In this document: piece after piece, positions 41,001 through 52,955 of the stretch | Position numbering within the stretch: position 1 is the stretch's first letter | Layout of the letters: the number at the start of each line of letters is the position of its first letter | From: Eimeria praecox | Taxonomy: Eukaryota | Length of the DNA stretch: 64,000 bases | Reading direction: 5' to 3' | Assembly: GCA_963920595.1 (NCBI GenBank) | Contig: OY986947.1 | Coordinates: 4,836,001-4,900,000 of the forward strand | Translations under genes and position numbers: made by a program | Notes under the pieces: generated by a model | Database searches by the model: none | Seen by the model: the letters and a program-made list of their open reading frames with translations, nothing else | Told to the model about the DNA's origin: nothing

Positions 41001-41840
41001 ACTAATTCGAATTCGACTCTTTGCAGCGGAACCATTTGTTGGGCAGCCTGGCATAATGCCTTTACAAATGGCATCAAGACCATTTCAAGAGAGTTGGCGC
41101 ATGGCCTGCATGACGATGCCATCGCTGCTGCTGCTGACGGGCAATGAAAAGCAACGGTATACCCAATATGTTGTACAGCATGCAGTGCACACCCAGTGGT
41201 GCTGAGGCATCTGCCCAAGTGCGTTTGCGAGTGCATATTGCAATTATCTCCCTGGAAGACAAGCATTTCCTTTACAAACTAGTGTGAGGGGATGGCATGG
41301 CCGCGCAAGCACGCATGCACACAAGCAGCAAGCAGATTGCTGAAGGCTGAAAAGCGCAGAAAAAACGCGGGGATTGCTGGTGTCGTTCAGTGTACCAATG
41401 GGTGTTCCGCTCCTAACAGGCTCTGAAAGACCGCGAGCAAAAACTCCAAGAGGGCATAAACACAAAAATATTAACGGGAGCTGATCCCAAAAGGCATTGC
41501 TTGTTGTGGTAGTGGGAGTGCTACGAAGGTTTGTACTGCTGGTGGTGAAACCCCTAGCCTGTAGCCATTCGAGGTGCATTAGACCAAACTAAGACCGAAA
41601 GCATACAACTTCATACCTATCGGCCCCCAACTCCGCAGCTGTTAGCGGTCCCCCCACAGAACCCTAAAGAAGTAAAGGAGAATAAGCAGAGGGACTGAGA
41701 AGCGGTCAATGCACAAGCAGACGCAAAATCTGAAGCGAGACAAGAAAAAGCTATGGGTGGAGCATTCGCCAGCAGAATTAAGAGCTAACAACAGTTTAGC
41801 AAGAGGAGCATACTTCGAACAGTTAAGACGCAAGAAGATG

Positions 41841-44800
41841 TCAAAGGAAAGCGGCGTATTTCACTGTGCGTTGCTCTGTAACCTCAACAAGGAGGCAGCG
41901 CCGGTCGTCAGGATGCTTCCCTGACAGAGGAGGCTTAGCGTACAGCCCTGGCAAGTACACCTTGTACAGTGGCATGAACCTGAAGAGTCACGCAAAACCC
42001 AGGCCACTGGCAAATTTTTCAATGCCGTTTATGCACATGCCCACCACAGAATGTCGAATGTGAGACTTCTCCATAAATGCTGCGGCAGGGTGTTCACGCT
42101 ACTAAAAGACTGCGCCGAAGTCCCTTATGGGAAAAGGACAACGGAGGCGGAGTTATGGAGTATACCACAAGTGCTGAATAGAGCCAAGCGTATGTGAAGT
42201 AGTAACAAATGTAAAAGCAATGCCCTAGAGGCCTGCATCTAAAGAAGGTATAGCCTCTGCCTTAAACGCCCACGTTCATTTAGGATATCCCGAGCGTGCA
42301 TAGCATGCCTAGGTCTGCTCATATTTCGTCAGTGTATGGGTCGATTTTGCACACTTTCTGTGACGATAATGCAGTGCGAAAGGGGGTTAAGGAGGACAAG
42401 ACAGCATAACGCAGCATGAAGGCTTATTACGTAATACACGCAGTGTGTGCACTAGATGCCCCGCGCACGCGAGACAAAACTTTAGGTAGCTGCAGTGTCC
42501 GGACACTTGGCTCCTGCATATGCAAAAATGCAAACGCAAACGGAGGCCTCAAACTAGCGAATGCAAAAGCACTACATTACTGCATCCCAAGGCACTCACC
42601 TATCAACAAAGCCGTTAACTTCACAAGCAGTCATACCCGATCCTGTCTGTTTTCGCGTGTCTCTGCGGCAACACCAAGAGATAGGACAGCTTTCTTGGTC
42701 TGCTTCATGCCGCTATTTCAACAGTAGCGAGAACATATCGTATTCGATTGCCTAATAGGATTTAACGGTGGGAATGTATTATGCGTGCGTACTCTTCTTG
42801 TTCCCGTCTCCACTTATAAACCCACTTTGGCGTTTCCACCTATGGACACAATAAAGAACGTGGCAGGAAAGCATTCCTAACACGGATGCCGCGCTACTGT
42901 AGATGCACGGTTTGGGATGTTTTGAAAGCTGCTATTGTGAACGGTGAAGATCCGTTGCTGCAACTCCTGCCGCTGCTATTGTTGCTGCTTGCCTTGACTA
43001 TGAGCCAAAGGTCAATATATGCGTAGAGAGACTCGTAGTCCTTCAGCGACCTGCAGCCCCAATTTCAAATAAAAGTTCAGAAGTGAAAGTAGTTGCGTAG
43101 CAAGCATTTGGAGGCGTGCCTAGAGTGTTTTCTTGGCAAATATCGTAAGGGACCTCCCTCACTAGTAGGCCTGGCAGTTACCAGCAGCAAGAACTAGAGC
43201 AATTAGCAAAACCATATAGTGCAGGGCAAGCAACCGCAGCAACCGAAGTTGAAACTAAGAAACAGAAAAATCGGGCTAACTCGTTAATTCGACGCAGTTC
43301 TGTTCGTTGCTGTTCGGAAACGTCCAGCCCCGTGAGCACCGTGGAGTCCACATGACGAAATCCTAAGATACAAAAGAAGACAGCAGCAAAATATAATACA
43401 CCCTCGGCAAGTAAGCTCTCTCCAGGCATTCCCTTCTGCAAATACATACTCTGCAGACAGGGGACAAATATGCGTTATTATAGGAGAACGCCCAAATACA
43501 AGCAGGTGCGCTTGCGCGTAAAATACACATGTGCAGGCACACACCCCTGCGTGCATCTTCCGTTGCGTGTAGAGAGACCGTGATACTAGGGCTACAAGCA
43601 CCACCCAGCGTGACTCTTTCACGAGGCAGCAGCAGCAACACCTGGACCTGCAGCAGCGTATACACTGCAAGGTCTCCTCCCACTGAGCAGCGTGAGAAGC
43701 AGTGATGACCGTAAAAGCAACGAGACTAACCAAGCATCCAACCCTCCAAAAGAAACACTTCAAGGTTCCTGGCATCCAGTGGAACCTCTTCATTTGACCT
43801 ATCCCCCGTTCCATTCATCTGGCTCTTGTCGTACTTGGGCAGCATGATATTCCTGGGGAGATGCCACCGAAGTTTCACGCCAAAACCCTAATCGACGACA
43901 GCTACATTCTAAAGGTGCAAAATGCCGCTCTCACTAAACATACTAGATATCTGCATGCCACAACAGCAACGAAAATGCAAAACGTGCTGCCTCTCCGAAT
44001 ACGGCTGAACCTCCTGCAGAAGCATACGGCTTTCTTTCCTTAATGCGCTGCAACACGGATCGACACAGCATTACGTCATGAGTGCCTGGAGGTCCCCGGC
44101 GAGGAATAAGCCGTAGATTAGAACTGGGGTCGTCCCTGAAAGCGACGGGTGGCAAGAGCCTAGTGGGTAGGTAGAAATCATCCATGGAGGCTGCCGCCGC
44201 CTTAACGTTCAATGCGCCAAGGCCAGCCTACAGTGACAGACAGCGATGGTGTTACCAGAACGAAGTTTGCGGTGCAAGGGAAGGAGCGAATATATTCTTG
44301 CTTGGCACAAAAGCAGCAATGGCGTCACAGTCCCACCTTGGATACAAGGATAACAGCAGCAATTAGCGCGGGAAGAAAAAAGAAGGCGGAACGCCAAGAA
44401 ATATGCCGCTGTTGGCGGCGGTGTGATTCCCGCTACTGCTTCTGCTGTGCTGAGCTTCTACTTTTGCTGCGGCTATTGCTGCTCCTGCTATTTGGGGAGG
44501 CTTGAGCCTAGAGCAACGAGGGTGGGTTGAACTCTTCTCACGAGGAGAGACGCGCAGAGTGTCGTCTTGCCACATCCTTGTGGCCCCGTTATCCCAACAA
44601 TGAGAGGCAGCTGTCCATTAACTGGGTCGCCTTTAGCAATGTAAGAGATACAATATGCACACAAAGTAGCAAAGGAGGAATAGGTTAGCAAGCAAGCCAG
44701 TTACACCTCAAAAACGGTCTACCCATCATGGCCTTCACCTCCACAAGTACGCAACGCTAGCAGTTCACGGGAGCTGCAATAGTAGGCAGGAAAACGCCTG

Positions 44801-45009
44801 TGGAGGAGCGAGTGCTCACGTGCATGATATGGGCGCGGTGCACCAAATACTACGTGGTTCCAGTGCACCAAATACTGCGCGGTTCCAGTGTCTCTCTTTG
44901 TTGAGCAGTAGAGGCGAGCCGAAAGGCTGTTGGAACTTACCACTCCCTTGAGACTTTCGTTTGAGAGCCTCCAAGGCAATCCAGCGGGCAAGGGGCCAAT
45001 CTCCATTAG
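41841..45009 (-). CDS. D-glycerate 3-kinase-like P-loop kinase (GLYK/Tda10 family); 5' end unresolved, may extend to ~45.5 kb
   Basis: Exons: 45009-44941 (tentative, PLARWIALE), ~44610-44542 (IVGITGPQGCGKTTL), 44227-44028 (SMDDFYL, RGPPGTHD), 43852-43731 (PKYDKS...GDR, LEGWMLG), 43362-43281, 43050-42993, 42839-42793 (VYKWRREQE), 42662-42600 (GMTACEVNGFVDR) and 41979-41841 (FMPLYKVYLPGL...stop). Phases are consistent from 44542 to the stop. Confidence 0.85.
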
Positions 45010-46720
45010 CTGCGGGTTCAAGAGAAAGGACCACCGTCACTGCAAAAGCTCCTTCCAAGATGCACTATATTCTGCGCTTCGTTACGCAACAACTTGGCAT
45101 GACTACATCAGTATCATGTGCAGCGTGAAGCAATACATTCCATGGAGAATGGTATGGATTCAAGTCTAGGTGGACCATGGCAAAGGTTACGGGCCAAACT
45201 TAAGGGCTTCGGCTCCAGAGGTGGAAGTACCGGCTGCAAAAGCTGCCGTGCCAGCTGCATGGGGATAATCGTTGCGCGCTCTTGCACAGGCTGCTATGAC
45301 GGCCTCCCGATCGGGCTCAGCTCCATCTCCTAGGAGCTTCTCCAGAACGCCAGCTCTGCACACATTGGAAGAAAGAGGATCACGCAATTGCCAAACGATC
45401 TTTCGCAGAAGATATGGTGCGGGGGGGACATGAGTGGAGGATAGAAGCAGAAAAGATTCTTCGAGAGGGAAGAAGACTGGTTTCACTAGCTGCTACTGCG
45501 GGCACTCACTGCCTCTCCATGTCTTCTGTCGTCGGCCGCTGAAAGGCAGTTAGAAGCTCGTCCTGATCAACTGGTATATGCTGTAATCTACTCACGTACA
45601 AGAGTTAGAGTTTGAAGATGAAGGAGTTTTCTGCACGGATATTAGGACACTCGGCCAGCAGAGCTGTGCTCGCTGGCCAAGTAAGGGATCGTAGTGCGAG
45701 TGTGGGAAGCCTCATGGAAGCGACTACAGACGTTATGGGTGAAAATTACGCCACAGTATATACAACACAAAGAAATATCGTACGAGAGGTGGAATAAAGC
45801 AACGCTGGCAATACTTGATGGTCCGTTGTAGTTGCAGGCAGCCTCGCCCGCTGAGGCAACGGTTCTACTCGAACGGCACTTGAGCACCCGCAGCTAGCAC
45901 TACAAATGACCCCTCCTAAAGGGGGTCATAGCATATTATCGAGATGAAATTGAATACGGCTGTAAAATTAGGCCATCGTTCCCTTTCGAACCTAACTGTT
46001 GTCTCCTGTTAGGCTGCTCGCTCGTCGGCAGACAGCCACCGGTTTAGGGTCACTTGTTCCCCTCAAAAGAAAAATCGTGGACTATCGCTGTGAAGTAAAA
46101 AGCTGTGGACTACGAACACACCTAAAGCTGCATCAGCGGAGTCTGAATAATTCCGTCGCATAGACACTGTCAGCAGAATACGCCCTGTACTCTGCCTTGA
46201 CAGAGGCAGTCTGAAGCCCACCTCTCAACTTCCACCCGCTACCCCTACCTACCCTACGTGTACCCAACTGCCTGAAATTGTATGCACTGAAAAACAAACA
46301 GCTTACCTCCCACCATTTCAGTTTCACCCGCTGCTCGTACCTACTCTACTTATGCCCAACTGTCTGACCTTAATCGTGCTGAAAAAACAGCAGCAAGGGT
46401 GCACAAACAGTGACACCCACCTGCTCAGACTGCCTGCCTACCAAGTCTATAAACCTGTAAACTGTACACGCTTTCCGCATCATCTACTGGTGGGGAACTA
46501 CACTAACAACAACATGTCACTTCACGCCCTATAAGTTTTTGCAAATGGCACATTGCGCGGCTGTCGCAGTTCACAGGGAAAGATGCGTTCAGACCGCCTC
46601 GTCTCCCATACGACATTCATGCACGCGTTTGTTTTTGCAAGAACCGCATGCGCCGTTAAATATGTTGGAAACAGATGATGTAGGTTTAAGGGTGAAGCGT
46701 TACATGGGATGATGCAACAT

Positions 46721-48168
46721 TCAGCATTCCACGGGGAGCTGGATGTCCTTGGCCAACGGGAAAGTGTCTGAAAGAGGACCTTTCTTCGCCAACCATTTTG
46801 CGCTAACGCCGTCAGAGACGATGCGCCCCTCAGCTTGCCACTTCTTGTATTCTTCCCGAGTGAAGGGTGTGAAACCCCATTTGTTGGAAGTGAACACCTT
46901 TTGGCGACCTGGGAACTTGAACGCAGCGCGGCGGAGGGCCAGGGCAGCGATGTTGATCGTCGAATCCTGTACGAGAGCAAGGGTGGAAATAATATCAGTA
47001 AGACGATCGTGCCGCCCACGTGCAGCCCCATGTTCTGCTATACGAGTAAAGAGAAATACAGGCTAGAAATCTCACGGTCCTTCGTCACGGCATACACTAC
47101 GAAAATACTAAATGAAGACTGTAGCGGAGACCGAAGTGGTGTACCCCTCCTCACCTTGGTTCTAATGGACATGAGGATTTGGCCAATGTTGACGCGAGCC
47201 ACCAAACCCGTGGGCTTCCCAAAGGCTCCTCTCATACCTGTCTGCAATCTATCAGCCCCTGAGAAGTCACATACGGACACCTGCTCAAGCATACAATAAA
47301 GCGTATCCCCAACCGTAATGAATGCCCCACAACAGTCCGTAATGATGGCGAGATGCGGTTCGAAGGCAACAAGGGAATCGGTGGCATCACGGTAAGCAAC
47401 ACGGCAGCAATGAATTGCAGCAAACACCAAAATGGCTAAAGCAAGCAGGAAGTCCTCTCCTGCGTGAGTGTGTACCTGCGCATGAAAGCATCTTGTTGAT
47501 ACGGAGAACGTGGAAAGGATGAACCCGCATGCGCAGATGGAAGTTGTCCTTTCCGCAGTGCTTAATCATGTACTGCGAACCAACATACGAACAAAACGGC
47601 GTAAAACCCACCATGAAAACCCAAACCCTTCTAGCCCCAGGTCGCAGCACAGGGCCACCCATTCCAGCCCCATCGCTTCGTCCTATGCGTCAAACCCAAT
47701 AAAAATTCAAATAACTAGAAGGCCCCTTGCGGTTTCCGCTTCACCTTCGCACTTTCACACGGGTGCACCACAAACGTATCGCACGCCAACGCGTGCGGGT
47801 ACATGGAACAGTCAGCATAGGCCCATCAGCATACACCCCTCCCGCTTGTCTCCGTTAAAAAAACAAACGTGCACAAATGCAGAACTCCCGCTGTAGGGAA
47901 TGCATCGATTTATGCATGCAGCAGGGCTGATGTCTCGTTTGCTTGCCTTGTTCGCGCAGACGCGGGCAGCCTCGAGGGCTTCTGATGAGATCTGTTCGTA
48001 TTCATCAGACACCAAATGCACGACACTCGGGAACTCATCTACATCGGCCTTCTTGCGGCCCACGTCGTAAATGCGCAGCTTGGCATCAGGCACACCCCTA
48101 CAGAAGCGGGACTTGGGGTAGGGCTTGTTCTTGCAGTAGCGATAGCAGCGAGCTGGACGGCGCCCCAT
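46721..48168 (-). CDS. RPL10: 60S ribosomal protein L10 (uL16), 4 exons, 222 aa
   Basis: Exons 48168-47947, 47572-47476, 47258-47155 and 46966-46721 give [28 protein letters not shown]...ANK/YMIK...[25 protein letters not shown].../...FKFPGRQK...KWGFT...stop. Intron 1 is GC-AG. Confidence 0.98.
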
Positions 48169-48591
48169 TGTAGCAGCTTTAGTAAATCGAAGGAGAAAGT
48201 AAAATAACGGAGAGAGTGGCAGCCGAGGACTAAGCCGCACAGGAAACAGATGAGAGAAGCAGCAGCCACGAACGCGCCTGTGGGGGGGGAGCAGGATGCG
48301 GGCACCCTAGTCAGACACTGCAGCTGCTGTAGATTAATGCAGCTGCCACTTCTTCTTCAGACCGCCTTCTGCCTTAAACAAAAGAAAGTCTGCTGTTGCT
48401 TGTCGGGCATCACCCCTCCTCCACAGCAGCAGCCGCTGCCGCTGCTGCTGGGGCTACGGCAGCCGCTCTTGTTGCTGCCACTGTGGGGCGTCTTGCGGCA
48501 GTCAGCATGATGGAAAGTTAGCAATTTCCGTTTTTTTCTAAAAATCTATTAGTTCATATGTGTCTCAATTTTTTCACAAATAATTAGAGAA

Positions 48592-48658
48592 TGCATGCTT
48601 CCTCTCTAGATAGCTGCTCTCACCCGGCTGCTCATGCCGGGGCGCCACGCTGCATGCA
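48592..48658. promoter_or_regulatory. TGCATGC(A/T) motifs ~0.45 kb upstream of the RPL10 ATG
   Basis: TGCATGCT at 48592 and TGCATGCA at 48651. This palindrome is a known apicomplexan cis-element and ApiAP2 target, but it is also very common in this window, so function here is unproven. Confidence 0.3.
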
Positions 48659-51600
48659 CTTCATAGCGGTGTTTACAATTACTCTGAGCCAATGAGGCGT
48701 TGGTTTTTGCTTACCCTTTACACATTGTCAATATTAAGAACTTGCTGGCAAGCAGATTGATTCCGTCTTGTGATGGAAGGTTAGTCCACTGCTTCTGCCT
48801 TGCTCTTGCTAACGGTTCAGTATGCTAGTTGGATGCGCCCCCCACCTTCTCCAGACTTTCGTGGGCTGCAGTTGAGTCAGAATGTTTCAGGCAAAAAATT
48901 ACATAGAGCAGCGGGCTGCCCCCTCTACTGTTTAGACGTCCTGGGCACAGCAGCACACAGTCCTACGGATGGCGCAGTGGCAGGAAGCTTCTCCTGTGTC
49001 GCAGTGCCCTTTTTTGCAACTCGTGTCACACGGAAGATCAACAAACAAGCGTATCCGATCAAACATCTTAAAATGATGTTAATAAATCTCAACAGACCAT
49101 GTGCCTACGAGTAAGAACGCCTGTACAAAACGCCCTGCTGGGATTCACGACGTTCCTCGGGCATCACCAGTAGGTATCGCCGCATGGTTCAAGAAGACAG
49201 GGGGGACCTGAGAGCTTCACTCTTGCAGCTGGGTCACTTAGTGTAGATCACTGTTTAGCCCTGAAGTTGCCTTGATACTTAGTCGAGAGGGGAATCATCC
49301 TTTACTTGCGCAAGATATTTTTTTTAAAGTTCCAGTTGATTCTTTTCTCGAATAATGAAGTTTGCTCAGCGCCTTCCCTTTGGGCTTTTCGCAACGCTCA
49401 TAGCACATCCACACGAAAGAGGTTCCACTACAAAAGCAGTTTTCTGGGAGTTCCTCTGCCTTTGCTCGCATTCTTCAAAAGGCAGATTCAGCGAAACACG
49501 AACAGTTGAGGGAATTTTTGCTTATCTAAAACTGTATATTTTGCGCCCAAATGCACCTGAAGAGGTACAGCTGTTATTAGCATCTTCCTTATTAGAAGGG
49601 GAGGCAAGGCAATAGCAGTGTAATCCAATCGGGGGTACCGTTCCCCGGAAGCACATCAGAAATATTGAAGCCTTCCTTCATGTGCCAGAATTCCGGTTTA
49701 TTTTCAGGCCGACTGGCTGGCAGGCAATGGCAGAACTAAGGGCGCTTATACAAGGGAAGCTGCGAACAGAACGCTGCAGCGCGCAGTATCAGTAACTGGT
49801 TTGAAAGAGTCGAACTGTGGATTCCGAACATCTAAAGCATTGACATACAGCCCGATTGTTCCCTTGGGAGAAGCAATCAGTAGCCGAGCGGGCATAGCAA
49901 AGGGACCTACCAGGTGGAAGGGTGGAACTTGCAGAGATGGTAGAGTACACCAACCGAATAACACGCTTTACACTCACAGACCTATCTGATAGTAAAGAAG
50001 CTGAGTTTAGAATTGTCCTAGATACAGAGCCTACGGATATCGGGGCTTTAAATTCCAGCGTCGCACAGGAAAGGGCAAGCAGGCAAGCAGCCGGCGGCTG
50101 GCAAGTCGGCACTCCTAAAGCTGAGGGGACGCACCAAACTGCATAACTGCTCCTTTTGGAGCAACTGCCACAATTTATGCGATTGCACGAATACGGGAAG
50201 GGCTAATGAGCACGAACAGCAAGAACTTAAGCAGCATCTCAAGGGGAACAAACAGAGCGAGCAAAGCAGTTCCATACCCCATGCAACGTGCGCCGCTTTG
50301 AGCCCAATGACGTGACAGTTGGAATAACAGATTAGCCGTGGATGAAACCTATTCTTGAGCACTTTCATGATGATGGGCTTGTCACTATTATGGACAGGCG
50401 ACGAAGTGGAACTGGTACCTGAAGCTCCGGGGAGGAGGTGCCCACTGTGCTTTCATCAGAGCCCTCTCTGCGACTGCACTCCATTCGTGGTAAACGGGGC
50501 ATGAGGATCTGTAAATGGCTGGCTCTAGAATGAGAAGTCAATTTGGCAGCAGGTGGTATTACCATGATACAGGACTTTTATGGTGAATCTGTTCACAAGA
50601 TGGTCCTACGCATTCCACGAGTGACTAAGAACAAGATCCGCCTGCGGTCCCAGACGGCATTGTTCCGCGTTGTGCTCAGAGAAGCAAAGAAATATTGCTC
50701 GCCTTAGCGCTTTTAACGGCATTTGTTTCTTCTGCAGTAAGAAGAGTGAAATCAGTGCCCGAAGCACAAGGTAGCCAAGATGCTCCTATGCAGTGGAGAG
50801 TTGTTGCTAAAGCAACGGAGCAATGCATGCACTCCATCGCGATGGTATCACGAAGACGGTAGTTTCGGGTTAGTCGAACCAGCTACCATCCACAGAAGAC
50901 CATAAGTGTGGCAAGAGCGACGATGCGTCTCTCGGACGTAGTAAATAGTAAGGCTGCCAGCAGGCATGCCAGGCGCAAGCTGCCCGATGCAACCCATAGA
51001 ACTCATTCCCCAACATTTGCTTCGAGGTGCAGATGACCCCGGATTCTTGAAGAGGAAATCGAGAGGCAAACAAACTCAATGCTAAGAAAGGGCGATGTTC
51101 AAACCTTCAACTAGCGCATTTGGACAAAGCCGGTAATGGTGGGAAAACGGGAAAAGCGATGGCGCATTTCCGATGCCTTTGAGCCAGTCAACAAACTCAC
51201 GGTGAAGCGAAAGTGTCCGGCGCCTCGGAAGCGCCTAGCCACTTCGCCGCCTGCAGGGCGCAGCAATCTACTCATCATTTTACGTTGCTGCCGCATTTCT
51301 AGCATGCTTCAGTATATCCTGGCGGTAGGCACCAGGCTGCTTTCAATAGTCCCACGCGCAAACGAGTGTGCACCAGTGTGCGCTTTGTGCTCATGAAGGC
51401 AGCTGCAGAACTGCAGCGACAGGTACATCATGATTCGTTTGGCCCAGCCAATGCTTATGGGCATGGACAGAGCGCTTGTTCCTAGTCCGAATTAAGGGGA
51501 GCACATGAAGCACCTGCAGTTTTGCTTTGCATCTGCTATGCGAGAAGCATTCGTTAAGGCACAAAAGTTATCGCATCCCCTGCGAAGCTCTTACGGGATC

Positions 51601-52955
51601 GTGCCTCTACGCCTCTCTGTACCTTAGCCGGATCCTAGCTAAACTGGATAAGATAAAGACTATCTGGAGTTGGCCGCCACCCCATACAGCAGCTAGGTGA
51701 GATTCAAAGTGCTTACATGCTTCCCCTGTTGCCCATATCCCGAGCAAAATGATCCGTCCAACTTTACTGCAAGCATTGAGCGACACCACATGAAGGGCAA
51801 AGACCCTCGCTAAAGCTGCACTATTTGCTCAACCTAAAATATCACGGTGCACAAGAGATTTCATTTCTGTTGTTGGTACATGCCCAACCGAACCGCCGCA
51901 ATTCTTATTAAAACTCTAAAAATGCCACCAAGCACCGAGCAGGGTGTCCCCCGGCTGCACTGAGATATCCATACGGACGAGGAAGGAGGGAGTTGGAGGG
52001 GAAACTGCGAACCCAAAAGCAAACGCAGTGGCCTGCTGGAAGCAAAAAGACTCCCATCGAATGAAGCACCGGTTGAGGCGCACAACAGATGGTAGGCGAA
52101 GAGGTCTTCAGTGTGGGCTAACAACTGTACCGACGAAAGTTCCTACTTCGGCCTCTCCTCTCAGCCTGGGAAGCAGCATGCAATTAAGACCGAACAGGCT
52201 GCCAGCTCACAGATCCGCCTTCCGCTTTAGTCAAGGGGCCGCCTGTGTTACGTCTTACGTCTTTGCACCCCAGCAAAGCACTACCTCTGTGACCCTGCAG
52301 ATGCTACGCAGCAGCTCGGTGTCTGCATCTGACAGGTTGCCTGCTGGTTAGGTGCAAAGTGCGCGGAATGGCTTCGGCTATTGCAAACAGCCTCTGGAGA
52401 AAACGCCCGCCCCCCCCGCTAAAAACCCAGGGGTCACTAAAGGCAAATTGATGACTATCTCTATGGTGCCGTGATGCAATTGCTGGACCAAAATTCAAGG
52501 GAAGGAATGCGTTTGGATAACCCCCCCTGAGGAAAGTCAACTGGCCTGACCGTGCACAGGCCCAGCACGGCAGTCACTCATACATACCGGGTGTCAAATG
52601 GCAAAATAAGGGAGACACGCAGCTAGGCTAAGCAGCACAAGGCAAGCAAGCGCTATACACGGTAGAATGCGTGCATCGACACAGGCGCAAGCAACACCAG
52701 GAATGGCAACAGAAAGCAACGCTGATGCTGCCCCCCCATGTATGCCCACGCAGCAATAATTCGGACTGGCAATTAACCAACAGGACAGGCTGCTGCTGAG
52801 TTTTGATCCCCAACGTCCACCGAGACAATGTTTTTGTGCGAGTCGTGCTGCACCGAACTCCTTGCAACTAATAACCGAGCACCATCAGCAGAGGGGCTTA
52901 GGTGTGTAGAGACAGCTAGCTACTTGGCTGGCTAACTAGCGAACTCTTTGCATGA

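Noticed and set aside
45906..45929. Hairpin ATGACCCC-N8-GGGGTCAT
   Set aside because: An 8-bp stem is expected by chance in 64 kb, and bacterial-type terminators are not relevant in this genome.
46967..47946. Intronic snoRNAs in RPL10
   Set aside because: No convincing C/D or H/ACA box arrangement was seen by eye.
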